From: Macrostomum lignano
Taxonomy: Eukaryota
DNA length: 37,651 bases
Assembly: GCA_002269645.1 (NCBI GenBank)
Contig: NIVC01004701.1
Span: 1-37,651, forward strand
Reading direction: 5' to 3'
Each line of letters begins with the position of its first letter. Within the stretch, counting starts at the first letter, position 1. A program made the position numbers and the translations under genes. The notes under the pieces are model-generated. The model worked only from the letters and a program-made list of their open reading frames with translations, was not told the origin of the DNA and searched no databases. Of the stretch, positions 13,056-28,821 are shown one piece after another.

Positions 13056-13529
13056 TCAGGCGACTCCGCCACCGTCAACGCCGCCGCCGCCTCCGCAAAG
13101 TGTCTGCAACCGACTGAGCTCAATGCTGACCGAGTGCTGCGCCGCTAAAGCCACTTGAATTGCTCGCCGTTTCGCTTCCACCTGAGTCTGAAACTGAGCT
13201 TGCGCTTCGCTCGACGCAGTTCGCTGCTCAACTAGCCGGCGAATTTCTTCCTGCTGACGCTCCAGCTTGTCGCGCGCCTCCGCCTCGGCGCGGCGCAGCT
13301 GACGCTCCTTGTCAACTTCAGCGGCTTGTCGGACTGTCAGGTCCTTCAGCTCGGAGTTCAGCTGCTCAAGTGACGATTCCAGACTGCGCATTCTGAAGGC
13401 GATCATGTCTAATTGGCTGTACCATTGCTTAGTGCCTAAGTCTGTTCGGGACTGCTGCTGCTGGTACTCTTTCTGTTGCTGATGCTGCGGCTGTGACTGC
13501 TGCTGCAGTGGACACCCATTTACCAAGTT
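13056..13529 (-). CDS. RING-HC protein, terminal exon 3: Gln-rich segment + coiled coil + Gly-rich C-terminus
   Basis: Long ORF with a heptad-like charged helix (LESSLEQLNSELKDL...EIRRLVEQ) and TGA at 13056-13058. A phase-0 acceptor is needed after exon 2; best candidate is AATATTCGCAG|AAC (exon start 13529), alternative GTGCACAG|AAA (13607). The 5' boundary is uncertain. Confidence 0.7.
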   Translation of the reverse strand, partial: NLVNGCPLQQQSQPQHQQQKEYQQQQSRTDLGTKQWYSQLDMIAFRMRSLESSLEQLNSELKDLTVRQAAEVDKERQLRRAEAEARDKLERQQEEIRRLVEQRTASSEAQAQFQTQVEAKRRAIQVALAAQHSVSIELSRLQTLCGGGGGVDGGGVA

Positions 13530-13722
13530 CTGCGAATATTTGTGCGAGTAGAGTAGTCTTGGGAGTTGGTACTCTCGGGTGGGAATCGAAAATCCCACCA
13601 GGGATTTCTGTGCACTTGGCCAAAAATAAATTCGGCTGTCGAACGGAAACGAACTCGCAGGGTTTATCGGGAGGGTAGAATCGAATGCGTTGCCATTGGG
13701 CTCCTCTAGTATCTCATAAAAA

Positions 13723-15915
13723 GCATGCATCAGGAGAGAGCAGAGGTTGATGCATCAGGAGAGGGCAGAGGTTGATGCATCAGGAGAGGGCAGAGGTTGA
13801 TGCATCAGGAGAGGGCAGAGGTTGATGCATCAGGAGGTAGCAGCAGAGGTTGATGCGTCAGGAGAGAACAAAGGTTGATGCATCAGGAGAGAACAAAGGT
13901 TGATGCATCAGGAGAGGGCAGAGGTTGATGCATCAGGAGAGGGCAGAGGTTGATGCATCAGGAGGTAGCAGCAGAGGTTGATGCGTCAGGAGAGGGCAGA
14001 GGTTGATGCATCAGGAGAGGGCAGAGGTTGATGCATCAGGAGAGGGCAGAGGGTGATCCATCAGGAGGGCAGAGGTTGATGCATCAGGAGGGGCAGAGGT
14101 TGATGCATCAGGAGAGGGCAGAGGTTGATGCATCAGGTCAGGAGAGAACAAAGATTGATGCATCAGGAGAGAGCAGAGGTTGATGCATCAGGAGAGGGCA
14201 GAGGTTGATGCATCAGGAGAGGGCAGAGGTTGATGCATCAGGAGAGGGCAGAGGTTGATGCATCAGGAGGGGCAGAGGTTGATGCATCAGGAGAGGGCAG
14301 AGGTTGATGCATCAGGAGAGGGCAGAGGTTGATGCATCAGGAGGTAGCAGCAGAGGTTGATGCGTCAGGAGAGGGCAGAGGTTGATGCGTCAGGAGAGGG
14401 CAGAGGTTGATGCATCAGGAGAGGGCAGAGGTTGATGCATCAGGAGAGAACAAAGATTGATGCATCAGGAGGGGCAGAGGTTGATGCATCAGGAGAGGGC
14501 AGAGGTTGATGCATCAGGAGAGGGCAGAGGTTGATGCATCAGGAGAGGGCAGAGGTTGATGCATCAGGAGAGGGCAGAGGTTGATGCATCAGGAGAGGGC
14601 AGAGGTTGATGCATCAGGAGGGGCAGAGGTTGATGCATCAGGAGAGGGCAGAGGTTGATGCATCAGGTCAGGAGAGGGCAGAGGTTGATGCATCAGGAGA
14701 GAGCAGAGGTTGATGCATCAGGAGAGAACAAAGATTGATGCATCAGGAGGGGCAGAGGTTGATGCATCAGGAGAGGGCAGAGGTTGATGCATCAGGAGAG
14801 GGCAGAGGTTGATGCATCAGGAGGGGCAGAGGTTGATGCATCAGGAGAGGGCAGAGGTTGATGCATCAGGTCAGGAGAGGGCAGAGGTTGATGCATCAGG
14901 AGAGAGCAGAGGTTGATGCATCAGGAGAGAACAAAGATTGATGCATCAGGAGGGGCAGAGGTTGATGCATCAGGAGAGGGCAGAGGTTGATGCATCAGGA
15001 GAGGGCAGAGGTTGATGCATCAGGAGAGGGCAGAGGTTGATGCATCAGGAGAGGGCAGAGGTTGATGCATCAGGAGAGGGCAGAAGTTGATGCATCAGGA
15101 GGTAGCAGCAGAGGTTGATGCGTCAGGAGAGGGCAGAGGTTGATGCATCAGGAGAGGGCAGAGGTTGATGCATCAGGAGAGGGCAGAGGTTGATGCGTCA
15201 GGAGAAGGGAGAGGTTGATGCATCAGGTCAGGAGAGAACAAAGATTGATGCATCAGGAGAGGGCAGAGGTTGATGCATCAGGAGAGGGCAGAGGTTGATG
15301 CATCAGGAGAGGGCAGAGGTTGATGCATCAGGAGGTAGCAGCAGAGGTTGATGCGTCAGGAGAGGGCAGAGGTTGATGCCTCAGGAGAGGGCAGAGGTTG
15401 ATGCGTCAGGAGGTAGCAGCAGAGGTTGATGCGTCAGGAGGTAGCAGCAGAGGTTGATGCATCAGGAGAGGGCAGAGGTTGATGCATCAGGAGAGGGCAG
15501 AGGTTGATGCGTCAGGAGAGGGCAGAGGTTGATGCGTCAGGAGAAGGGAGAGGTTGATGCATCAGGAGGTAGCAGCAGAGGTTGATGCATCAGGAGAGGG
15601 CAGAGGTTGATGCATCAGGAGAGGGCAGAGGTTGATGCGTCAGGAGAAGGGAGAGGTTGATGCGTCAGGAGGTAGTAGCAGAGGTTGATGCATCAGGAGA
15701 GGGCAGAGGTTGATGCATCAGGAGAGGGCAGAGGTTGATGCATCAGGAGAGGGCAGAGGTTGATGCGTCAGGAGAAGGGAGAGGTTGATGCATCAGGAGG
15801 TAGCAGCAGAGGTTGATGCATCAGGAGAGGGCAGAGGTTGATGCATCAGGAGAGGGCAGAGGTTGATGCGTCAGGAGAAGGGAGAGGTTGATGCATCAGG
15901 AGGTAGCAGCAGAGG
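13723..15915. repeat. Intronic 25-bp minisatellite (GATGCATCAGGAGAGGGCAGAGGTT), about 85 copies with 23/28/30-bp variants
   Basis: The 25-bp period was counted directly. The array lies between RING gene exons 2 and 3, and most units contain the palindrome TGATGCATCA. Confidence 0.97.
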
Positions 15916-15961
15916 TGTAGCAGCAAAAACAGTAAGCCACGTTTCAATTATGTACTCGTAC

Positions 15962-16301
15962 CTCGAAACCTTTTTGTTTAACGAGCAGCCGTTGACCGGC
16001 TGATGATTTTAACGAGTTGTTGGCTTCAGAAATCAGAGGTGCTGGAATCTCATGGTTGTCAAATCCAGAGTTTGCTACCGTCGCTACAGCCAGACTTGTT
16101 TCGGCAAATTTTATCACGTCCAGTTTGAGCAGAGAGTCGGGTTGTTGAGATTGCACGGCGACTCCACAGACAGAACAGACGGCTGATGAGGCGTCGGATG
16201 TGGTTGCGATTAACTCCGAGCAGCGACCGCAGACTATGTGACCGCACGGCTCTAGGCGGATTGGGTGACGCTGGCTGCTAAGCATGAGACGACCGCAGGC
16301 T
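15962..16301 (-). CDS. RING-HC protein, exon 2 (most of the C3HC4 RING finger)
   Basis: Acceptor TTTAATTTCCAG|A at 16302/16301 and donor GAG|GTACGA at 15962/15961. Encodes (R)ACGRLMLSSQRHPIRLEPCGHIVCGRCSELIATTSDASSAVCSVC. Confidence 0.85.
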
Positions 16302-16890
16302 CTGGAAATTAAAGACAATATGAAAACAGTCAATTTTCGAGAAGGAAATATGGCTAGTGGGGGGTGTTCAGGAAGCACTAGATTTGCGACACTATGCTTG
16401 GATAACGAATATTATGGTTTAATAATAAATTTCACCTGCCCTAATGGACAAATGTGCAACCGACAGCTCATCCGGTTAAGCCGGTTAAGCTTTCCAGTCG
16501 TGAGTTCGATAAGTCCGATGCTCGAACCACTAGGCTACGCACTCGACGTATCTGGTCGACTGCCTTCCCTCTGTTCTCATTTTGAAGGAGCTTCTTTGAT
16601 TTTAGCTTCAACAAAGCGACATTGGTTGCCTTTGAAAACCCCACTGATGACATACTGATAGCACATACAATAACACTGATGATCTGCTGTGGTTAAAGGT
16701 TCAGGCACGCACACGCAGAATGTACAACGGAATGACTATTACTTTCTTACGTACGCATTCTTTTGCCTTCGGGGTTGGCTTCATGGGTGAGAATAGCTCG
16801 ATCGAGCCCCAGGCTTTACTCCATTATGCTTGTAAATGGAGTAAGTTGGATTGCAGAAACTAAAATTTAAAAATACTTATGATAGCTTAC

Positions 16891-17111
16891 CTGCAGAAGT
16901 GGCTTGCCGGTCGTTGGCTAACGGAGTTCTTGCTCAATAGCTGCGGTGGTTGCGCTAATCCTGCGCCTGAACCGTTGGTAAATTTGCCTGCCGCCGGAGA
17001 GCTACCCCCTCCGGCTTTGACATTGCGTTGCTGCTGCTCATCTCTGCTCACTTGGCTCGTCCGATGACGTCTGTGACTACTGGAATAACGCTGGTGCACT
17101 GTTGAGGACAT
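16891..17111 (-). CDS. RING-HC (C3HC4) E3-ligase-like protein, exon 1 (low-complexity N-terminus, first RING Cys)
   Basis: ATG at 17111; ends TTC TGC AG|GTAAGC. The phase-2 join to exon 2 restores C-R-A-C, giving C-x2-C...C-x-H-x2-C-x2-C...C-x2-C. The join 17111-16891, 16301-15962, 13529-13056 gives about 344 aa. Confidence 0.8.
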
Positions 17112-17520
17112 GACACACAACGACGTAACTTTCTATATATCCTATATAGCATCTATATTGAAGAATGATATCGCTTAAAAAGTACGAATCAATAGATTAG
17201 AAACGTAGACAGATATACAAGCACTTCGTCGAGTCAAAAAAATCGTTTTCTATAAAGCAGCTGTGCCATAGAGTTTAGTGAGGTTAGTGTCTGTTTACTT
17301 GTGCAAGGTTACTTACTATACATATGCATTAGGCCTATGCATTTAGAAAGAAACACTTACTGGATTAAATAGACTAAAAGAACACATATTTCAGACTAAA
17401 CAGCAGAATGAGCTAAGAAGCAAGTATTTCAATGTAAACTCGGCAAACCCAGAAGCGTACTCAGGGGTTTTAATGGGATTGAGTTTCAGCCATCAGGAGC
17501 GTCAATATTTGTGCCTTGCT

Positions 17521-17897
17521 GGCCGTCCCTGTCTCTTGGTGGGCGCGCCCTGTCTCTTGGTATGCACCCCTGTCTCTTGGTGGGCGCCCCTGTCTCTTTG
17601 TGGGCGCCCCTGTCTCTTCGTGGGCGACCCTGTCTCTTCGTGGGCGACCCTGTCTCTTTGTGGGCGCCCCTGTCTCTTTGTGGGCGACCCTGTCTCTTGG
17701 TGGGCGCCCCTGTCTCTTGGTGGGCGCCCCTGTCTCTTGGTATGCGCCCCTGTCTCTTGGTGGGCGCCCCTGTCTCTTGGTGGGCGCCCCTGTCTCTTGA
17801 TGGGCGCCCCTGTCTCTTTGTTGGCGACCCTGTCTCTTGGTGGGCGCCCCTGTCTCTTGGTATGCGCCCCTGTCTCTTGGTGGGCGCCCCTGTCTCT
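17521..17897. repeat. 20-bp GC-rich minisatellite (TGGGCGCCCCTGTCTCTTGG), about 19 copies
   Basis: Visible array with a recurring TATGCG variant; it produces spurious ORFs in all six frames. Confidence 0.96.
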
Positions 17898-18097
17898 GAG
17901 TCCCGAACACAGCTGATAGCACACTGATGAGGTGATGGTTCAGCTGATAGCAACGCTATGAATTGCACAATTCAATTAAATGACGACAAACGATAACTTT
18001 TAAATGAACAGTTGAACTTCGTTAATAACAAATTATAAAACCTTTCTGATTTTATTACTGCAAGTAGCACATTTAGAAAATCAAAAAATCGTCCAAA

Positions 18098-18320
18098 TCA
18101 AACCGATCCAAACCAGACTTCGCGAAATATTTGCTTAGTAGTCTTCTTTTTTCTTGATTCGAGATTTGGCCACTCCGAGAAGTCTTTGAGGCTAACGGGA
18201 TGATAGTACTCGGTGTCCGTGCTAGGCTCGGCAAACATCAAGACGTAGCGGTCGCGTGGCGACTTGTAGTACTTTGCCAGCAGCCTGCGTCTCCGCTCGG
18301 TCATGGAGAAGGGCTCGGTT
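18098..18320 (-). CDS. Hypothetical protein, candidate exon 2 of a ~144-aa orphan gene
   Basis: A phase-2 acceptor CTATCCAG|A at 18320 continues exon 19240-19029 into TEPFSMTERRRRLLAKYYKSPRDRYVLMFAEP...VWFGSV*, with AATAAA about 45 nt after the stop. The acceptor is weak. Confidence 0.35.
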
Positions 18321-18404
18321 CTGGATAGATTTTTTGTGTTGCAATAATGCTACTGTGAGTAGGAGTCTTCGATAATATTTGTTATTTGTTACTCTTGGAA
18401 CATC

Positions 18405-18870
18405 TGTGTCACGATCTTGGGTCATTTCTGGCACTCTTGGGTCATTCTGTCACTCTGGAGTCCGTTCTGTCACTCTTGAGTCATTTCTGGCACTCCTGGG
18501 TCATTCTGTCACTCTGGAGCTATTTCTGTCACTCTTAGGTCATTTCTAGCACTCTTGGGTCATTCTGTCACTCTGGAGCCATTTCTGTCACTCTTGGGCC
18601 ACTTCCATCACTCTGGAGCCATTTCTGTCACTCTTGGGCGATTTCTGTCACTGTTGGGGAATTTCTGTCACTATTGGATCGATTCTGTCACTCTTGGGAC
18701 ACTTCCATCACTCTGGAGCCATGTCTGTCACTTTTGGGCGATTTCTGTCAATTTTTGGCCATTTATTTTTTTCTTGTGCCATTTCTGTCACTCTTGAGCA
18801 ATTTTAGTCCCTCTTGGGCCATTTCTGCCACTCTTGGGTCATTTCTAGCCAGTCACTCTTGGGCTATTTC
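18405..18870. repeat. 19/20-bp alternating minisatellite (CATTTCTGTCACTCTTGGGT / CATTCTGTCACTCTGGAGC)
   Basis: Visible degenerate tandem array. Confidence 0.92.
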
Positions 18871-19028
18871 TATCACTATTAAAAATTAGTTAGCGCCTTT
18901 GGGTCTTTTGCCTCACCATATCTGAAATTATTTTCGCATCTAGAATAATTCTGTAATTGTTTCGCATTATTATCACATTTCACAATTATCTCTGCCTCCC
19001 AATTGCATGACACATAAGCACTACTCAC

Positions 19029-19240
19029 CTGTCGAAAACATAATAGCTGACAATTTTCCCCCAGCTGATCAAGAAGGCAGCCACTAATCGCACGTGAATC
19101 TTGCCTTTAATTGTCAGCCACTGACCATAGCGATGGTTGTAAATCTCTTTTAGCTTGTCGGCATCCGCAAATGACATCATGCAAAGCGACTGATGGCTGC
19201 AAACCGAGCCTAATGGAGACTTTTGCTGCTTCTTGTCCAT
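19029..19240 (-). CDS. Hypothetical protein, candidate first coding exon
   Basis: ATG at 19240, open for 70 codons of protein-like composition (MMSFADADKLKEIYNHRYGQWLTIKGKIHVRL...), ending at a consensus donor GACAG|GTGAGT. An upstream acceptor CAATTTACAG sits about 18 nt before the ATG. No domain recognised. Confidence 0.45.
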
Positions 19241-20587
19241 GCTAACTGGCTTCTGTTCTGTAAATTGGATTGCAGTTGCAGTATTTTTTGCGGCCGTTTT
19301 TTAATTTGTAATTAATATGATGGGTTTCGACCTTCGGGTCCCTTGTTAGGAAAGCCTTCGGGCCTCAGGTCTCAGAAACAAATCACTTAGAGCCCTGGCC
19401 CCCACTCCTGTCAGATGGTCAGCCCCATGGTAGCTTGATCGTGTGGCGAGCAGTCTAGGTCCTATAGCTAAGAGAGGGACAGCGAGAGACAAGCAGGGAG
19501 AATTTTGAAGGTAGAAATTAGCTAATCCGCAGACTAAGCTAACTCGCTGCCACCAGCCCGTGCGTCCTGGCTCACCACACCGGGACTCTCGAAATCGGGC
19601 TTCCGACTAGAAGGGGCTTTGCGCTTACATGCCAACTAGTGTCTTTTTGCTGTCAATCTCGAAGTCATAGCCGATGATAAGGGACACTGCTGGGACTAGA
19701 TCGCGTTGGCCATGCAGGTACAGAGGGGACTTGTGCAGGGGATTCTTGCAGTGGCGAGTCTATGGAGTAGCTACATGTACTATTACATTGCTAAATACGA
19801 AGATATGTACTTTTGGCCTTCAACGCGCCAACTAGCCTCTCATAGCGCTGATGATAGACTAACTCGAACTTCAGAGACCTCGCATGATTCATTACCCGAG
19901 CCGCTTGGCTAACCTAGAGTGCACAAAGTACATCTCTGGCGCCGATTCTGCACTTCTGGCAGTTTTGCTCACTGATTTGATTGATTGATCGACTGAGAAC
20001 CGCCTTGCCATTGGTCCACTGTGACCGGCGCCTACTAGCTTAGCTACTCATCTGAGCCGTCGGCGAACAAAGAACTAAAACCGATAAAAATAACTGTCAG
20101 ATTTAGCCTTCTCCTTAAATCACTTCACACCTCAGATTGAATTGGAGTTTCAGACTACTAGTAGTATTATTAAGTGATTTCTGCCTCAGTAACAGCACTA
20201 CTGAACAAAATGAGCAAAAGTGTGCGCCTAATCCAGCTACTGAAACAGGGGACAGACAGGGAATCACCCAATCAAGCAAGTCTAGGTAGCCTCTCACCCA
20301 ACCAATCAGAAACTCAACAGCCGGAGACCAGGTAATCCACAGTGACCGAATCGGCTTGATGCTCTGTAGCTGTAGACTCGGGATGATGCTGACACAATCT
20401 TCGCTGATAGCTAGCAGGTGATGATCTTCGCTTGATGTTCGCTGCTGACGACCGGGGGATTCGTCCTTGATGATGATGGGGGGAAGTCGCAATCCGGGGA
20501 TCAAGAAACGACGGTCGCGCTCCGGGAACCAGAAGTTGCGTGCTGGACCCGAGCAAGAGTTGCGTCCGAGCGGGCCAAAAACTCCGG

Positions 20588-20719
20588 TTTAAATAGCCGC
20601 CAACTGGACCGCAGTTTGTTATAATGGAACACGTCGATTCTGATTGGCTGAGCCGTTTTGTTAAAATGAGCGCCGAATTTTCTGATTGGCTAAGCTTGTT
20701 GCTACCCAGAATCACGTGA
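20588..20719 (-). promoter_or_regulatory. Pol II promoter-like module: E-box, two CCAAT (NF-Y) boxes, TATA-like box
   Basis: On the minus strand: TCACGTGA (20712-20719), AGCCAATCAGAA twice (ATTGG at + 20685 and 20643), then TATTTAAA at 20595-20588. It points toward the minus-strand exons. Confidence 0.55.
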
Positions 20720-21337
20720 CCGAGAGATCCTATCAGTTCCCACAGGGTCGTAAAAAGATGACAGGTGCGGCCATAAATCACTCAAAATCGCAACAAAATG
20801 ATTTATGACTTTTCGCGTAGGATTGACAGAAATTAATGAAAAAATATACATTAGAAAGCTCTTATTAAATAGAAAGTGAAGATAATGAAGAGAAATTGCT
20901 AATCGCTAATCCCAAGGTACTCTTAGGGGTAAAACGCATAGCTGTCAAAGCTGTCACACGCTTGAGTGAATCCGAACAATAGGCTCTGACCTCATAAATC
21001 TTGATGGCCTGTCAAAATTAGGAGAGAAAAAGCTACCGCCCGCATCCTCTCAGACCATCTGGCGCCCGTCTCAACACTGAGTGAGGCGCAGGTGGCTGTC
21101 AGACCAGCTTCGAAAGCGATGATTTATGACCCAAAAAGCAATGCCTATGTTATTATGACTACTAGTATGGCCAGACATTATATCTAGTATAGATTCTATG
21201 ACAATTTGCAGAAAAAAGATAAAAATGCCCCTTGCCCACTGTTAGTAGGCAAGTAAGTTTAGAGCCCATGTGCTAGCGCGGGATTTGAGAAAAAGTGCGT
21301 CCTCATCAAATATATGCCTTCATATGTCTTCTCTCTT

Positions 21338-21520
21338 CTCATTGGCTAAGCCGTGCAATCAATAAATGTTCCTCCTGCCCTCAGCTCTTCCCTCATTGGC
21401 TGAACCGACGCACTCAATAAAATTTTTCTCCTACCCTCGGCTCTTCCCTCATTGGCTGAGCCGTGCACCCAATCAAATGTTCCTCCCGCCCTCGGCTGTT
21501 TTCCTCCTGCCCTCGGCCGT
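21338..21520. repeat. Three ~55-bp tandem units, each carrying CTCATTGGCT(A/G)A(G/A)CCG and TCCTGCCCTCGGCT
   Basis: ATTGG at 21341, 21395 and 21451 (spacing 54 and 56). Confidence 0.85.
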
Positions 21521-23523
21521 GCGCCGAAAAAATTCTTCATTCCTTTTAACTCTACACTGATTTGATAAAAATCTAATAAGATCGGGGGAAATAGAAAATT
21601 TCTCATAATGTTTTATCAAATTCACTTTAGGATGGACGCACTATGCATATGGGCGAAAAAAAAGAAATTTAATAAACAGTAAAGCTATACCCTCTAAAGC
21701 AGCTAAACACGATCTGATCAGACATTGCAACAAATAGTTCAAAAGGATAGGACCTACCTTGAAAACTTCTTTTTTCAAGCAAGACGTGTATATCTGTTTA
21801 AAAAGTGTTAAAAAGTTAATATAGCGACGCAGAGAAACTGTGCGGCCGTCGGAGAAGGCAAAAGAATGCAGATCTCTTTATATGGAGCTAGTGTAAACTC
21901 TCTCTTCCATTTTATCTACAATAGGTTGTCTTAAAGAAGCAGGTTTCAGGGGGTAGAGGTGGTCAAACAACGATATTTCTGTCTATCTAAAGCATTGTGC
22001 ATTTTTCTTAGATTCACAGAAGGGTGTGGCTTCGAGAGGCTTGTGTGCAGGCAAACAATGCAAAAGAAGTCTGTGCATTAAATACCACCATACCTATCAA
22101 CTATAGCTCGATTATACTGGAACTAGAAGTAGACTTTCACATTTTTTCAAGCGCTTAAAAATTCATTTATAGCGAAATAATGACTTGCGGTAGCCATACT
22201 ACTCGATGAGTAGAGCCTGTAGGGAAATTTTGAACCCACACGGCAATGGACAACTGAAGTAAAAATTAGATGCTACTCTCGACTTTCTTAGAAAAAAGCT
22301 GGAAGCCGGTAAGAAACGTACAGTTGTAGTGAGCCGCTTGTTAGGCGTCCCACTGTAGAGAGTTATTAAACAATACCGTAATGCTCTACTTAAAGTAATA
22401 TTCTAGGAAAGTCAATTTATTCTAGAATGAGTCATATCTATTTTAGGAATCACGCGCAAACAGAATGATTTAGAACCCTACATTGTTTGATCAAGTAACC
22501 GGATTCCAACAGCTTTATTTGCTTAACCCCATATATGGCAATGCTCAAACATGCATGACCGCTAAATAAAACATTTATGACCTAAGTAAATACCCAATCC
22601 CAAACCGGTTTTTCTCCAAAATTTTGCTGTAAATATAAGTTAAAATTCGAGTCAAAAATTTAGACTCAGAGCGGTCTCTAAGAAGGCTCTGAAGGAACAA
22701 GAAGAAGACCAATCTCTGAGGAACCACACTTTTTGAGAAACAACGCGTTTACCGGATTCAGTTCATTGATTGTTAGCGTAAATAAGTTGATTAATTGAAT
22801 TATAATCAAATTAAAATTAATATTAATTAATTTAATTAGAATTATAATAATTAATATTATTATAATTATAATTGAATTAACTGCTCGTTCATTGTCGATA
22901 CATTTGAGAAAGGCCTCCTTGTTTCCTAGCCCTAGGATACATTCCTAGAGGATTTATTGATTCAATTGAGTTATCCGTTACGTTTCGGACGTAACGAAGA
23001 AGCCGCCCTTCAGAAGGATCTATCACAAACTTAGAGGATTCAATTGTTCATTAGGGCGCACGTTCTACTGTTAATTCCGAGCTCGAGGACCGTCAAGAAG
23101 TTCTGATTCGCTCTCGCTTTTGGTCGACCCACAGATAAAAGTCAAGGACTCCCGGAGGTACCGAGTCACCTAAGCCAAACCGAGATGTCTACAAGCCACT
23201 AAAGGATCCGCTGCAGTAAGAGTTATTTGATTTTGCATATACCTAGGCACTTGTTCCCCAGTGTCTAGAAGTGGGAGTTTTCGAGTGACTGATCACCACT
23301 CTTAAACTCTTCACCACTATTGTCAGCAGTTTCCCTTGCCCTCGCCTTGGGTTGCTGTCTGCTGCTGGGCAGTTGCCCTAACCTTCTGGTCTACCTGGTC
23401 TACCCGCCTTGCTCTGCGCTCGATAGTTTGCAGCCACGGGCATCTCTGCTGTGGTCTGCTCTTCGTTCGCTCCATTTCAGAGGTCGCGGGTGGTGGCCTG
23501 CTTTTCCCTTGTCACTTGAGCTA

Positions 23524-23728
23524 GTCACATGACAAGCCTTGTTTTCTTGGAGTCCAAAAGAGCAGTAACTATTTTTACTGCTTTATTTGGCTCGTGTTTT
23601 ATGAAGAAATCACGTGCCCCGGGACCCCTGCCTTCTTTAAAACAGGAGATGACGTCAGTTTCTAAAAATAGATACTGAGTCACATGATTTTGCACACAAT
23701 GACGAAAGGGGGATTCCCAGCCTATAAG
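23524..23728 (+). promoter_or_regulatory. Dense cis-element cluster ending in a TATA box upstream of the LINE
   Basis: GTCACATGAC 23524-33, CACGTG 23611-16, TGACGTCA 23650-57, TGAGTCA/TCACATGA 23676-87, TGACG 23700-04, GGGGATTCCC 23709-18, TATAAG 23723-28. Confidence 0.6.
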
Positions 23729-23942
23729 CACGGCTCTCTCACCCTTGTTTCCGTCAAGGATTTTCTTTTCATCTTTTCCCGTCCCCCAGTTCTCTGTTTC
23801 TGAGTTTTCGAGTTTCCCAGTTCTCAGCCATTTCTAAGTGTCTGAACCTGAGCCTGACTGAATACCCAATTAACTTAGACTCTCTTGCAGAGTGTGGACC
23901 GGGGGCCTGCCGGAGCCTCGCCTGGGAGCAATCCTGGGATAA

Positions 23943-28821
<4,879 letters not shown>

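Noticed and set aside
13723-15915. CRISPR-like or coding repeat
   Set aside because: There are no unique spacers, the 25-bp period is not a multiple of 3, TGA recurs in all frames, and the context is eukaryotic and intronic.
16284-16658. 124-aa + strand ORF
   Set aside because: It lies antisense within RING gene intron 1, with no recognisable motif or splice support.
17470-17968. Six overlapping 95-160 aa ORFs
   Set aside because: All arise from a stop-poor 20-bp tandem repeat; none has a unique coding flank or splice support.
22960-23015. Hammerhead-like CTGAA..stem..CGAAAC on the minus strand
   Set aside because: The core lacks the GA of CUGANGA, and no NUH site with matching stems I/III was found.
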